Source: an uncultured delta proteobacterium
GTDB taxonomy: Bacteria > Myxococcota_A > Polyangia > Polyangiales > JAFGIB01
Assembly (NCBI GenBank): GCA_963778655.1
Contig: CAVZVA010000003.1
Span: 192,001-256,000, forward strand
Length of the DNA stretch: 64,000 nucleotides
Direction: 5' to 3'
This document shows positions 23,616-32,915 of the stretch, piece after piece; positions within the stretch are counted from its first letter, which is position 1, and each line of letters starts with the position of its first letter. A program made the translations under genes and the position numbers. Below the pieces are notes generated by a model that was given only the letters and a program-made list of their open reading frames with translations, did no database searches and was not told the origin of the DNA.

Positions 23616-24962
23616 TCAGCGCGCCGAGCGCACCGCGCTGCGCCGCCCCCGCGGCGCCCACGAGCCCACACGGGTGCCGCCGCCTGCTCCGCCTCTGGCG
23701 GTGCGCGTCGCGCGCGACGCGGGCACCGGCGCGCGTGGCGCCGCCGGCGAGGCCTCGCGCGGAGGTGCGTTCATCGGAACGATGCGCTGGCCGATCAACC
23801 GCTCGATGCGCGCTAGCGTTCCGCGCTCGTCGGCCGTGCAAAGCGAGAGCGCCGCGCCCGCACGGCCGGCGCGCGCGGTGCGCCCGATGCGGTGCACATA
23901 GCTCTCGGGATCGACGGGCAGGTCGAAGTTGATGACGTGCGAAATGTCATCGACGTCGATTCCGCGCGCCGCGATGTCGGTCGCCACCAAGATCCGCAGC
24001 GCGCCGCTGCGATAGCGGCCCAAGGCGCGCTCGCGGGCGGGCTGGGACTTGTTGCCATGAATCGCGTCGGCGTCGATGCCGGCGTCGATCAAGTGCTTCA
24101 CCACCCGGTTCGCGCCGTGCTTGGTGCGCGTGAAGACCAGCGCGCGCGTGATGTCGGGGCCGCGCAGAATGCGCTCGAGGACCGCGCGCTTGCCGGCGTT
24201 CTCGACGAAGAACGCCGATTGGTCGATGCGCTCGGGCGTCGAGGAGGTCTTGCTCACCGTGACGCACACTGGGTCGCGCACGATCTGCTTGACTGCGGCC
24301 TCGATCTCGCGCGGCATCGTGGCCGAGAACAGCAGCGTCTGGCGCTCGGTCGGAACGCTTCGCAGAACCCGGCGAATCGCCGGCAAAAAACCCTGGTCGA
24401 GCATGCGGTCGAACTCGTCGAGCACGAGCGTTTCGATCCCGCCGACGCGCGCAATGCCCTGCTCCATCAGGTCGACCAGGCGGCCAGGCGTCGCAACCAG
24501 AATGTCCACGCCGCGCCTTAGCTCCTGCGCTTGGCGCCCCTGTGAGACGCCGCCGAAGATCACCAGATGGCGTAGGCCGGTGCCCTGGCCGTAGCGCGCG
24601 ATGCTGTCTGCGATCTGAGAAGCCAGCTCGCGCGTCGGAGCCAGCACGAGCCCGCGGACGCTGGGCGTTGCGCCCCTTGGACGCGGCGAGACCAACATGC
24701 GTTGCAACATCGGCAGCGCGAAGGCCGCGGTCTTGCCGGTTCCCGTGCGCGCACAGCCCAGCACGTCGCGTCCTTGCAACGCGGGCGGGATGGCCTGTGC
24801 CTGAATCGGCGTCGGCATTTCGTAGCCGCCCGAGCGGACCGCGCGCAGCAACGCCGCGTGCAGCCCGAGCCGGGCGAAGCCCGACGACGAGATCGTCGGG
24901 CTGCCCGTGCTCTCACTGGCCTGCATCGAGTGATTCACCGCGGCGAGCGAGGTCTCGCTCAC
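23616..24962 (-). CDS. DEAD-box RNA helicase (RhlE-like)
   Basis: PTPIQ, ARTGTGKT, LAPTRELA, TPGRL, LDEFDRM, SAT, HGNKSQ, TDIAARGID, YVHRIGRTARAG. GTG overlaps the stop of the upstream RRM gene. Confidence 0.93.
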   Translation of the reverse strand: MSETSLAAVNHSMQASESTGSPTISSSGFARLGLHAALLRAVRSGGYEMPTPIQAQAIPPALQGRDVLGCARTGTGKTAAFALPMLQRMLVSPRPRGATPSVRGLVLAPTRELASQIADSIARYGQGTGLRHLVIFGGVSQGRQAQELRRGVDILVATPGRLVDLMEQGIARVGGIETLVLDEFDRMLDQGFLPAIRRVLRSVPTERQTLLFSATMPREIEAAVKQIVRDPVCVTVSKTSSTPERIDQSAFFVENAGKRAVLERILRGPDITRALVFTRTKHGANRVVKHLIDAGIDADAIHGNKSQPARERALGRYRSGALRILVATDIAARGIDVDDISHVINFDLPVDPESYVHRIGRTARAGRAGAALSLCTADERGTLARIERLIGQRIVPMNAPPREASPAAPRAPVPASRATRTARGGAGGGTRVGSWAPRGRRSAVRSAR

Positions 24963-25276
24963 TGGCGACCACCGCGGCCGCCGCCACGGCCGCCATAGCC
25001 GCCGCCGCCGCCCCCACCACCACGCTCGACGCGCTCTTGCGCCTCGTTCACGCGCAGCGGCCGGCCGTCCAGCATACGTCCGTCGAGCTCCGTGATGGCT
25101 TTGGTCGCCTCTTGGTCGCTGCCCATGCTCACGAACGCGAAGCCGCGCGAGCCGCCGGTCACGCGGTCGAGCACCAGCTTGACCTCGGAGACCGTGCCGC
25201 AGGTGCAGAACGTGTCGCGAATCTCCTCTTCCGTGGTCTGGAAGGCGAGATTACCTACATACAATCGATTACCCAT
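24959..25276 (-). CDS. RRM RNA-binding protein with Gly-rich tail
   Basis: RNP2 LYVGNL, RNP1 RGFAFVSM, LRVNEAQER, GGGG tail. Confidence 0.92.
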   Translation of the reverse strand: MGNRLYVGNLAFQTTEEEIRDTFCTCGTVSEVKLVLDRVTGGSRGFAFVSMGSDQEATKAITELDGRMLDGRPLRVNEAQERVERGGGGGGGGYGGRGGGRGGRQ

Positions 25277-25579
25277 TGCTCTCTTCTCTTTGCGCGGCGT
25301 TGCGATCGCCTGGTGGGCGATCCGGTGAGGCCCGATTCGAAGAGCCGCTCGCTTCGAAAGAGGACACGCGGCTAGGCACGTTGATCGTGGTGTGCCGCGT
25401 CCTTGCGTTGGTCGCCGGTGAACGACTTATCCGCGACCCCTGTTTTCGAAGGAGGAGAGGAGAGAGCCGAGGCCAGTAACTGTTCGCGTTACGGGGCGGT
25501 TACTACCACGCGGGCGGATCGGGCGCAAACCCCCGGCACGCCACACGCGCCGCCGCGAGCCTTGGCGCGCCGCGCCGCC

Positions 25580-26044
25580 TCAGCGCTCGGTCGCGACATT
25601 GACCACGATCGACCGCCCCTGCAGCTCGCTGCCGTTCAGCGCTTCCACGGCGCGGGCCGCGTCTCGGCGATCCTCCATGGTGACGAAGCCGAAGCCGCGC
25701 GAACGGCCCGTGTTGCGATCCATCATCACGGTGGCGTCGGTCACTTGGCCGAACTGTGAGAAGGCGGTGCGCAGATCCTCGGTCGTCGTATCCCAGCTCA
25801 TCGAGCCGACGAACAACCGGCACGCGACCGACGCCCGGCGGGTTCCGGTCGCGCGCGCCTCCATCGCCCGCAGGGCCTCATCGGTGGAGGGCAGGTTGGC
25901 CAGGTGCTCCTCGGGGCTGGCGATCGGCACCTCTCCCGGGCCGTCCTGACGCCTCTGCATGCGGCGCTCCGCTTTTTCGCGCTTCTTTTGCGCCTTGTCA
26001 GCTTCGCGCTGTCGCTTGCCCTGAGAGTATGTGCCTCGTGCCAT
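25580..26044 (-). CDS. RRM RNA-binding protein with basic N-terminal extension
   Basis: LFVGSM, RGFGFVTM, IVVNVA; N-terminal KRQREADKAQKKREKAERR. Confidence 0.88.
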   Translation of the reverse strand: MARGTYSQGKRQREADKAQKKREKAERRMQRRQDGPGEVPIASPEEHLANLPSTDEALRAMEARATGTRRASVACRLFVGSMSWDTTTEDLRTAFSQFGQVTDATVMMDRNTGRSRGFGFVTMEDRRDAARAVEALNGSELQGRSIVVNVATER

Positions 26045-26054
26045 GAGTGACTAT

Positions 26055-26082
26055 AGCTGCGATTTCACGAGCTGCGATTTCA
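26055..26082. repeat. 13-bp direct repeat AGCTGCGATTTCA x2 (period 15) in the RRM promoter
   Basis: Exact copies at 26055-26067 and 26070-26082, next to a minus-strand TATAGT (26050-26055) that lies 5 nt before ATG 26044. Confidence 0.7.
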
Positions 26083-26387
26083 TGCCGGCCCGGACGCTCG
26101 CCCGCGGGACGGCCCGACCCACCGCCGCTCCGAATGCCCAATGCTCGCCTGGATGTTCTTGCTGACGCGCACGGATTCGGATGACACGGAGAGTCGAAAC
26201 GCGTTGCGCGGGACCGTTAGCTCACGATGGCGCAGCGCTACACCGGCCAGTAACCTGGCACGTCCCGCGAAATTCTGCAAGCTCAGCGCCGATTTTGCGC
26301 CAAGAGGCGCTCCGACCGGCGCGCTGCGAATTCGTTTGCTACACTTCCAAACCAGGCGTGGCACCACGTCGCGTCTGTTGGAGCACG

Positions 26388-26678
26388 ATGGCGCACGAAG
26401 ACATACTGTATCAGCACGTGAAGCGGCCCGAGTGGGGCTTCTCCACGATCATCAACATGGAAGATGATCGGACGACCTTCGTCTTCGACGACGGGGCCCG
26501 CAGGACCATCACCATCGGGCACATACACTTGATGGAGCGCGTCGTGCTCGAAGACGAGGCGGAAGAAGAGGTTCGCCAGAAGCTCGCCAAATACAAGCCG
26601 AGCAGCTCCCTCGGCGGTGCGACCAAGCGCAAGCGCGCTCCGAAGAAGAAGAAGCCCGCAACGGCCACGCAAGGCTGA
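26388..26678 (+). CDS. small hypothetical protein (DUF3553/SH3-Tudor-like N-terminus, Lys-rich tail)
   Basis: GGAG RBS before ATG 26388; YQHVKRPEWG...FVFDDG..RT pattern; KRKRAPKKKK tail. Confidence 0.65.
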   Translation: MAHEDILYQHVKRPEWGFSTIINMEDDRTTFVFDDGARRTITIGHIHLMERVVLEDEAEEEVRQKLAKYKPSSSLGGATKRKRAPKKKKPATATQG

Positions 26679-26758
26679 GGCCGATCTCTTCCGGGCGCAC
26701 CTTCACGTACCCCCCGCCGCGCTTCACGCGGGCCTCGCGCCATCCTCGGCCGACCGGC

Positions 26759-29200
26759 TCACCCTGCGCGGGCGCCGACGGCGCATTCGACCCGCACCTG
26801 CGCGCCGGGCGGGGCATACGGGACGAGCGCGCCTTCGCGCTCCACGCCGTCGACACGTAGCTGCACGCCCGTCTGCTCGGGACGATAGCTGGCGTGAATG
26901 TCGTAGACCGCGCCTCGGCACGCGCGCCGCAGGCGGAACCACGGCAGGGACGGACCGATGCACGGCTGTACGTGCAGCCCATCGTAGTCAGGCGCGACCC
27001 CGAGGATGTGCTGCGTCACGGCGACCCAGCTCCAAGCGGCGGTGCCGGTGAGCCACGAGTTCTTGGCTTCGCCATGGCGCGGCGCATCACGGCCGGCCAC
27101 CATCTGCGCGTAGACGTAGGGTTCTGCGCGGCGGATCTCCGCGGCCTGCTCGTGATAGCCCGGCGTAATCTTGCGGTAGCAACGCAGCGCGCGTTCGGCC
27201 TGGCCGAGCCGCGTGTGCGCGATCGCGATCCACGGGTTGTTGTGGCAGAAGATGCCCGCGTTCTCCTTGTAGCCGGGCGGATACGAGCTGATCTCGCCGA
27301 GCTCCAGCCGGTAGCGGCTATAGGCCGGTTGCTGCAACACGTAGCCGTGCTCGGTCGCAAGCCGGGCCTCGACCGCGTCGAGCGCGCGCGCTGCGAGCCC
27401 TTCTGCAACGCCCAGCCCCGCCATCACGCAGATCCCCTGCGGCTCGATGAAGATCTGGCCCTCGTCGTTTTGCTCGCTGCCCACCACGGCGCCGGCCGCG
27501 TCGTACGCGCGCAGGAACCACTCCCCGTCCCAGCCGTCGCGGTAGACGGCGGTCCGCATCGCCGCGATCTGCTGCTGCGCCCACTGCGCGAGCCCGCGCT
27601 CGCCGCGCCGCTCGGCAAGCCGCAACAATTCGCCCGCCGCCAGCACGAACAGGCCGGCGATGAACACCGACTCGGCCGTGCGCCCATCGGCGTGCTGTGT
27701 GGTCTGAAACGACTCGTCGGGATTGCGCGAAAAACAGTTCAGGTTGAGACAGTCGTTCCAGTCTGCGCGCCCGATCAGCGGCAACCCGTGAGGCCCGAGG
27801 TTGTCGACCGTGTACCGCACCGAACGCGTCAGATGCTCGAACAGCGAGCCGCCGGCCTCCGGGTCGTGGTCGAAGGGCGCGCGCGCGTCGAGCACCGCCT
27901 CATCGCCCGTCTCCTTGACGTAGGCAGCCGCGGCCAGCACCAGCCACAGCGGATCGTCGTTGAAGCCGCTGCCGATATCGTGGTTGCCGCGCTTGGTCAG
28001 CGGTTGATACTGGTGGTACGCGCTGCCATCCGCGCGTTGGGTCGCGGCCAGGTCGAGCAGCCGTTCGCGCGCACGTTCCGGCGCCAGGTGCACGAAGCCG
28101 AGCAGATCCTGGTTGCCGTCGCGAAAGCCGATGCCGCGCCCGATGCCCGACTCGAAGTAGGAGGCGCTGCGCGAGAGGTTGAAGGTCGCCATGCACTGGT
28201 ACGGATTCCAGACGTTGACGCTGCGGTCGAGCACCGGGTCCGGCGATTGCAACACGAAACGCTCGCACAGCTGCGCCCAGTGCTCGCGCAGCTTGCCGAG
28301 CTCGTGCTGGACGGCCGCGTCCGAGGCGAGCCGGGCGATCATGCGCTGCGCGCCGCGCTTGTCGATCACGCCGGGCCGCTCCCACTTGTGGACCTCGTCG
28401 TTCTCGACGTAGCCGAGCACGAATACCAGGGTCTTCGACTCGCCGGGGGCGAGCTCGAGCGCCAGCTCGTGGCTCGCGATCGGCGCCCAGCCGCTCGCGA
28501 TCGAGCCGCGGCAATGCCCCTCGCGGACCGCGTCCGGCGCCTCGAGCCCGCGGTAGGCGCCGACGAAGCGCTCGCGGTCGGTGTCGAAGCCCGCGATCTC
28601 GGTGCTGACGTGGTAGAACGCGAAGTGATTGCGGCGCTCGCGGTATTCGGTCTTGTGGTAGATGGTCGAGCCCTCGACCTCGACCTCCGCCGTGCTCAGG
28701 TTGCGCTGGAAGTTGGTGGCATCGTCGAGCGCGTTCCACAGGCAGAACTCGACGAAGGAAAACAGCTGCAGCTTGCGGGTGCCCGCGCCTAGGTTGCGCA
28801 CCGCAACGCGCTGCACCTCGGCTGGGCAGCCGAGCGGGACCAGAAACGTGATCTCGACCTCGATCTCGCGGCGGCGGCTCCGGATCACGCTGTAGCCGAG
28901 CCCGTGCCTACACTCGAATGCGTCGAGCTCCACGCGGGCGGGCATGTAGGCGGGCGACCAGCACGCGTCGTCTTCGCGCACGTAGAAGCAGCGCCCGCCG
29001 AGGTCGGCCGGCACGTTGTTGTAGCGGTAGCGCAGGATGCGCCGCAGTCGTGCGTCGCGGTAGAAGCAGTAGCCGCCGCCGGTGTGCGATATCAGCGAGA
29101 AGAAGTCCTCGCTGCCGAGGTAGTTGATCCAGGGCTGCGGCGTGAACGGGGTGGTGACGACGTACTCGCGCCGGTCATCGTCGAAGTGTCCAAAACGCAT
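26759..29200 (-). CDS. GH94 glycoside phosphorylase (cellobiose phosphorylase-like)
   Basis: [95 protein letters not shown]. Confidence 0.93.
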   Translation of the reverse strand: MRFGHFDDDRREYVVTTPFTPQPWINYLGSEDFFSLISHTGGGYCFYRDARLRRILRYRYNNVPADLGGRCFYVREDDACWSPAYMPARVELDAFECRHGLGYSVIRSRRREIEVEITFLVPLGCPAEVQRVAVRNLGAGTRKLQLFSFVEFCLWNALDDATNFQRNLSTAEVEVEGSTIYHKTEYRERRNHFAFYHVSTEIAGFDTDRERFVGAYRGLEAPDAVREGHCRGSIASGWAPIASHELALELAPGESKTLVFVLGYVENDEVHKWERPGVIDKRGAQRMIARLASDAAVQHELGKLREHWAQLCERFVLQSPDPVLDRSVNVWNPYQCMATFNLSRSASYFESGIGRGIGFRDGNQDLLGFVHLAPERARERLLDLAATQRADGSAYHQYQPLTKRGNHDIGSGFNDDPLWLVLAAAAYVKETGDEAVLDARAPFDHDPEAGGSLFEHLTRSVRYTVDNLGPHGLPLIGRADWNDCLNLNCFSRNPDESFQTTQHADGRTAESVFIAGLFVLAAGELLRLAERRGERGLAQWAQQQIAAMRTAVYRDGWDGEWFLRAYDAAGAVVGSEQNDEGQIFIEPQGICVMAGLGVAEGLAARALDAVEARLATEHGYVLQQPAYSRYRLELGEISSYPPGYKENAGIFCHNNPWIAIAHTRLGQAERALRCYRKITPGYHEQAAEIRRAEPYVYAQMVAGRDAPRHGEAKNSWLTGTAAWSWVAVTQHILGVAPDYDGLHVQPCIGPSLPWFRLRRACRGAVYDIHASYRPEQTGVQLRVDGVEREGALVPYAPPGAQVRVECAVGARAG

Positions 29201-29228
29201 GGGGCTCCGGAGGCGGCTGTTCCCGCAG

Positions 29229-29257
29229 TAGTGGCGCCGCCCGACAGCGTCGGGTCA
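29229..29257 (-). promoter_or_regulatory. putative alternative-sigma promoter TGACCC-N17-CCACTA upstream of GH94
   Basis: Plus-strand GGGTCA at 29252-29257 and TAGTGG at 29229-29234. Confidence 0.55.
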
Positions 29258-29390
29258 CGGCTGCGCCGTGCCCCCAAAAGGCGGACCGCCTCGTTCCTCG
29301 ACGCCTCCGGCAACGGCCTCTATCATGCGGCTTCCGGTGAGCACCGGTCTGGAACGCGGCCCTTGATCTGACGGCGGCGACGAGGACAGC

Positions 29391-31163
29391 GTGGGCAAGC
29401 GGTTCGAAGGCCTTCGAGAGGCGAGGCACCCGGCCCTGCTCGGGGCCACGCTGCTGGCGGCCCTGGCGATCCGCATCGCCGTGCTGAACGAGCTCGGCGG
29501 CACCATCTACGCGGCCGGCCTGCTTCCCGACGAGAACATCTATCATCGATGGGCCGTGCAGCTCGCGGCAGGCCAAGCACATGCAGGCTTCGCCGGCGAC
29601 TTCCCTCGACTTCCGGCACTGATCTTCGGCCTGGTCTACAGCGCGTTCGGCGTGAGCGCGCTCCACCTACGCGTGCTCAACGTGGTCCTGGGGGTGGCGA
29701 CCTGCGGGCTCGCTTACGTCACCGGCCGCAGCCTATACGACCGGCAGGTGGGCCTGGTCAGTGCGCTGCTCTGCGCCTTTTCGGAGAGCCTGGCCTTGTA
29801 CAGCGCAACCGTGCTCAACACCGCGCTCGGCCTGTTCCTGTTCGCGGCACTGCTGGCGCTGCAGGCCGCGCTGCTGAGGCGCCCCGACTCGCACGCGGTC
29901 AAGAAGGCGCTCGGAATCGGCGCGCTGAGCGGGCTGCTGGTGAACGCGCGTGGCAACGCGGCGATCGTCGGGCTGCTGGCCGTGCCCATCGCCTACCTGG
30001 CAAAGCGCGAACGGAGCGCGTCCAGCAAGGCGGCCCTGCGCGCGCTTTCGCCTTGGCTCGGAGCGCTCGCCGCCGCCTACCTGCTGTGCGCCGCCGCGAC
30101 CGGCGGCGTGCTTGGACCGCGCTCCGCTTTCAACCTCTACTTCGGCAACAATCCCGACAACCCCACCCCGTACTACCGCCCCGTGCGCTTCACGTCGTCG
30201 GAGCCCGAGCGCCAGGCGATCGGCTTCATCGCCGAAGGCTCGCGCAGGGCGGGCCGCGAGCTGTCGGCAGGTGAAGCCGAGCGCTTCTGGGCATCGACCG
30301 TGTTGCGGCACGCGCTCGCCCGGCCGGGCGCGTTCGCTCGCCGGCTCGGGCAAAAGGCGCTGGCGGTTCTCAACCGATCGCCGTCCGACAACGACCACGA
30401 CCTGCGCCTGTTCCGAGAGCTGCTGCCCGCGCTGCGGCTCGCGTTTTTGCCCACCTGGCTGTTGCTCGCGCTCGGGCTCGCGCTCGGGTGCGTGCTGCCG
30501 TTCGATCGCAGGCTGGCGTACGGCGCCGCAGCCGCGGGCCTCTACGCGGCCACGCTGCTCGTGTTCTTCACCGGCGAACGCCTGAGATCGCCTCTGATCC
30601 TGGTAGCGGCGCCGTACGCGGCGGCCGGTCTGGTTCAGCTGGCTCGCGGCTGGGGCAGCGAACGCCGCCGCGCGTGGCTGCGGGCGGCCGCCGCGCTGGC
30701 TGTATTGCTGCTGATTTCCGGGGTTCGGCTCGAAGGCGCGCAGGATCTGAGCTCCGTGTACAATCTGCACGCGCTGACCCTGTTCCAGGCCGGCGACCTG
30801 CCGGGCGCGCAGCGCTGGTATCTACGGTCGTTGTCGCTGCATGGGCGCGATTCCCCGGGCGCGCGCATCGGGCTCGCCGCCATCCTTCACCAGCGCGGAG
30901 AGCTCGAGCAGGCCGAGGCCGTGCTCGATGCCATGCCCGACGACTACTACGAAGCGGCGAGCAAGTACGAGTGGCTCGGCAACATGGAGCTGGAACGCCG
31001 TCACGCAGCCGCCGCGGCCAGCGCCTACGAGAAGTCGCTCGCGATCGACTCGAGCAGGCAAAACGCCTACAAAGGCCTGTACATCGCCTACCGGCTCGAA
31101 GGTAACCGCAAGGCCGCCGCGGACGCCGACGAGCGCCTCCAGCGCATCGAGTCCCTGCGCTGA
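29391..31163 (+). CDS. GT-C fold (ArnT/PMT-like) membrane glycosyltransferase with C-terminal TPRs
   Basis: LLPDENIYHRWA loop after TM1, many TM helices, FNLYFGNNP, ERLRSPL, then TPR-like helices (LGNMEL..AYEKSLAIDS). Confidence 0.72.
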   Translation: MGKRFEGLREARHPALLGATLLAALAIRIAVLNELGGTIYAAGLLPDENIYHRWAVQLAAGQAHAGFAGDFPRLPALIFGLVYSAFGVSALHLRVLNVVLGVATCGLAYVTGRSLYDRQVGLVSALLCAFSESLALYSATVLNTALGLFLFAALLALQAALLRRPDSHAVKKALGIGALSGLLVNARGNAAIVGLLAVPIAYLAKRERSASSKAALRALSPWLGALAAAYLLCAAATGGVLGPRSAFNLYFGNNPDNPTPYYRPVRFTSSEPERQAIGFIAEGSRRAGRELSAGEAERFWASTVLRHALARPGAFARRLGQKALAVLNRSPSDNDHDLRLFRELLPALRLAFLPTWLLLALGLALGCVLPFDRRLAYGAAAAGLYAATLLVFFTGERLRSPLILVAAPYAAAGLVQLARGWGSERRRAWLRAAAALAVLLLISGVRLEGAQDLSSVYNLHALTLFQAGDLPGAQRWYLRSLSLHGRDSPGARIGLAAILHQRGELEQAEAVLDAMPDDYYEAASKYEWLGNMELERRHAAAAASAYEKSLAIDSSRQNAYKGLYIAYRLEGNRKAAADADERLQRIESLR

Positions 31164-31185
31164 ACGCCCCGATAGGCCGCGAGCA

Positions 31186-32436
31186 CTACTTGGCTCCGCC
31201 GCTGGGCAAAGGTGCGGCCGGGCGCGCGCTGCCGGACTTCGGCGGCTGGCTGCTGGCGGCGGGCGCCGGCGCGGCAGGCGCCAGGGTCTCGCTGTGGCCG
31301 TCGCCGTAGATCGCGATCGCCAAGCTCTCGGGCTGGTAGGCGCCGCCGGGCACGACCGAGTTCCAATCGAGGTTGAGCCAGATCGGACACTCCGTGGACG
31401 TGCGGTACGCGATCGTCGTCGGGATCTTGCCATTCAAGTAGCTGCGCCAGCGGTTGCGGTAGTGGGTGGTCAGCGCGGCGGCGACTTGCTTGGGATCACC
31501 TTGCACACAGGCCTCGGCGTAGGCGTGCCCGCCGCCTGGTCCGTCCATCAAGACCACGCGAGCTTTGCCCCCGATTGCGCTCACCATCGACGCCAGCACG
31601 ATCGCGAAGTCGTCGCAGTCGCCGATGTAGCCGTTCTGAATCGTCTCGGTGGCGGTGGCGAAGTACTCCTGCCCCTCGGGATCGCTGACGTAGCGCCAGG
31701 CACGCCGCACGGTGTTCCAGATCTCGGCGACTTGCTCGACGTGAAACGGCCCCTGGGTGCTGGCGGCGATCTTGATCGCGGTGTCGCGGGTCAGGGGATC
31801 CATCGGGGTCAGCGCTCTGGCGATTGCCCTGGCGGTCGCACCGCCGGCTTGCTCCTCGCTGCTCGACTGCGACGCGCGCTGGGCCAGCAGCGAATCGACG
31901 CCCGGCAGGGCGAGCAAGCCCGGCCGCATGAGCAAGAAGTACGCGCCCAGCACCGGCGCCACGCCCAGCAGCGGTAGCAGAAAGTAGCCCCAGGGAGAGC
32001 GGCTTCCCCGCGGCTCGGTCCCCGTGCGCAAGGTCTTGTTGCAGCCCGCGCAGGTCAGGCGCTTGGGCAGCGGCCCCGGCGGCAGCTCGCCGACGCGGCC
32101 GCACGCGCCGCACACGTACGAGCGGACGTGAGAGGCGGCGGCCTGGGGCATCACCAGCGTACGCGCGCCCGCGCCGGCCTTCAGCAGCAGGCGCAGGCCC
32201 TCGTGGCTCCACGGCAGCAGCACCTGTCCCATCCGCAGCTCGGCGCCCGGCCGCGTGCGCGCCGACGTGACCTGCTGGCCATCGACGAAGGTCCCGTTGG
32301 CCGAGGACAGGTCTTCCACGATCAGCGAGCCACCCGACCAGGACAAGCGAGCATGGTGGTTGGAGACCGTCGGGTGGTCCAACACCACGTCGTTGTCGGG
32401 CGCGCGGCCGATGGTCGCGTAGACGCGCCGTGGCAT
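31186..32436 (-). CDS. FHA + Zn-ribbon + TM + transglutaminase-like domain protein
   Basis: FHA IGRAPDND...VSNHHA...DLSSANGTFV; CGAC..CAGC; one TM helix; GDCDDFA, GHAYAE and WLNLD (Cys-His-Asp triad pattern). Confidence 0.8.
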   Translation of the reverse strand: MPRRVYATIGRAPDNDVVLDHPTVSNHHARLSWSGGSLIVEDLSSANGTFVDGQQVTSARTRPGAELRMGQVLLPWSHEGLRLLLKAGAGARTLVMPQAAASHVRSYVCGACGRVGELPPGPLPKRLTCAGCNKTLRTGTEPRGSRSPWGYFLLPLLGVAPVLGAYFLLMRPGLLALPGVDSLLAQRASQSSSEEQAGGATARAIARALTPMDPLTRDTAIKIAASTQGPFHVEQVAEIWNTVRRAWRYVSDPEGQEYFATATETIQNGYIGDCDDFAIVLASMVSAIGGKARVVLMDGPGGGHAYAEACVQGDPKQVAAALTTHYRNRWRSYLNGKIPTTIAYRTSTECPIWLNLDWNSVVPGGAYQPESLAIAIYGDGHSETLAPAAPAPAASSQPPKSGSARPAAPLPSGGAK

Positions 32437-32574
32437 ACCCGCAGGATATCACCGTGGCAGCGGGACCGGGTCACCAGGGTGGGACCGGTTTGGCAACCGG
32501 CTCCTTTCGGCGCGACGCACACCGGGCTTCATGAGCGCCTACGCGTGACTCGCCGCAAAGACGTGGAGCGTTCC

Positions 32575-32796
32575 CGGTCTCGTGCACGCCAGCGGCTTGG
32601 CGGGGGCAGGGTCTGCGCGGGGGCGTAGAAGCGTGCCACTCGCCTACCGGCAAAGCCCCGAGTGGCGCCCTTCTCCGAGCACCGCTTGCGCGCCGTGGGA
32701 TGAGCCTGCGACCGCCCGCCACCCGACGGCAAGTGCAAGCGGTGCGTCCCCCGCGCAGGCCCCGCCCCCGCCGAGCCGCCCCTCGGCACAAGACCG
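32575..32796. repeat. long nested inverted-repeat (fold-back) element
   Basis: 32592-32623 and 32748-32779 are reverse complements at 29/32 positions; outer arms 32575-32585 and 32786-32796; two internal hairpins. Confidence 0.75.
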
Positions 32797-32915
32797 ATGA
32801 CGCCCAAGCGGGGTCCGCCCTGCCAAGCCGCCTGCTCAGCACAAGGCCGAACGCGTGGCGGCCTCCGCCAGGACCGCGCCGCCTGTCCCACACGAGCCCG
32901 AAGACTTCGGCGTCC

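Noticed and set aside
32467..32475. GTGACCCG upstream of the FHA-transglutaminase gene as a fifth regulon site
   Set aside because: CCAC follows at 10 bp rather than 17-18 bp, so it does not fit the bipartite motif.
32762..32854. Two ~40-bp direct repeats as a possible CRISPR array
   Set aside because: Only two degenerate units, a very short spacer, and no cas genes.
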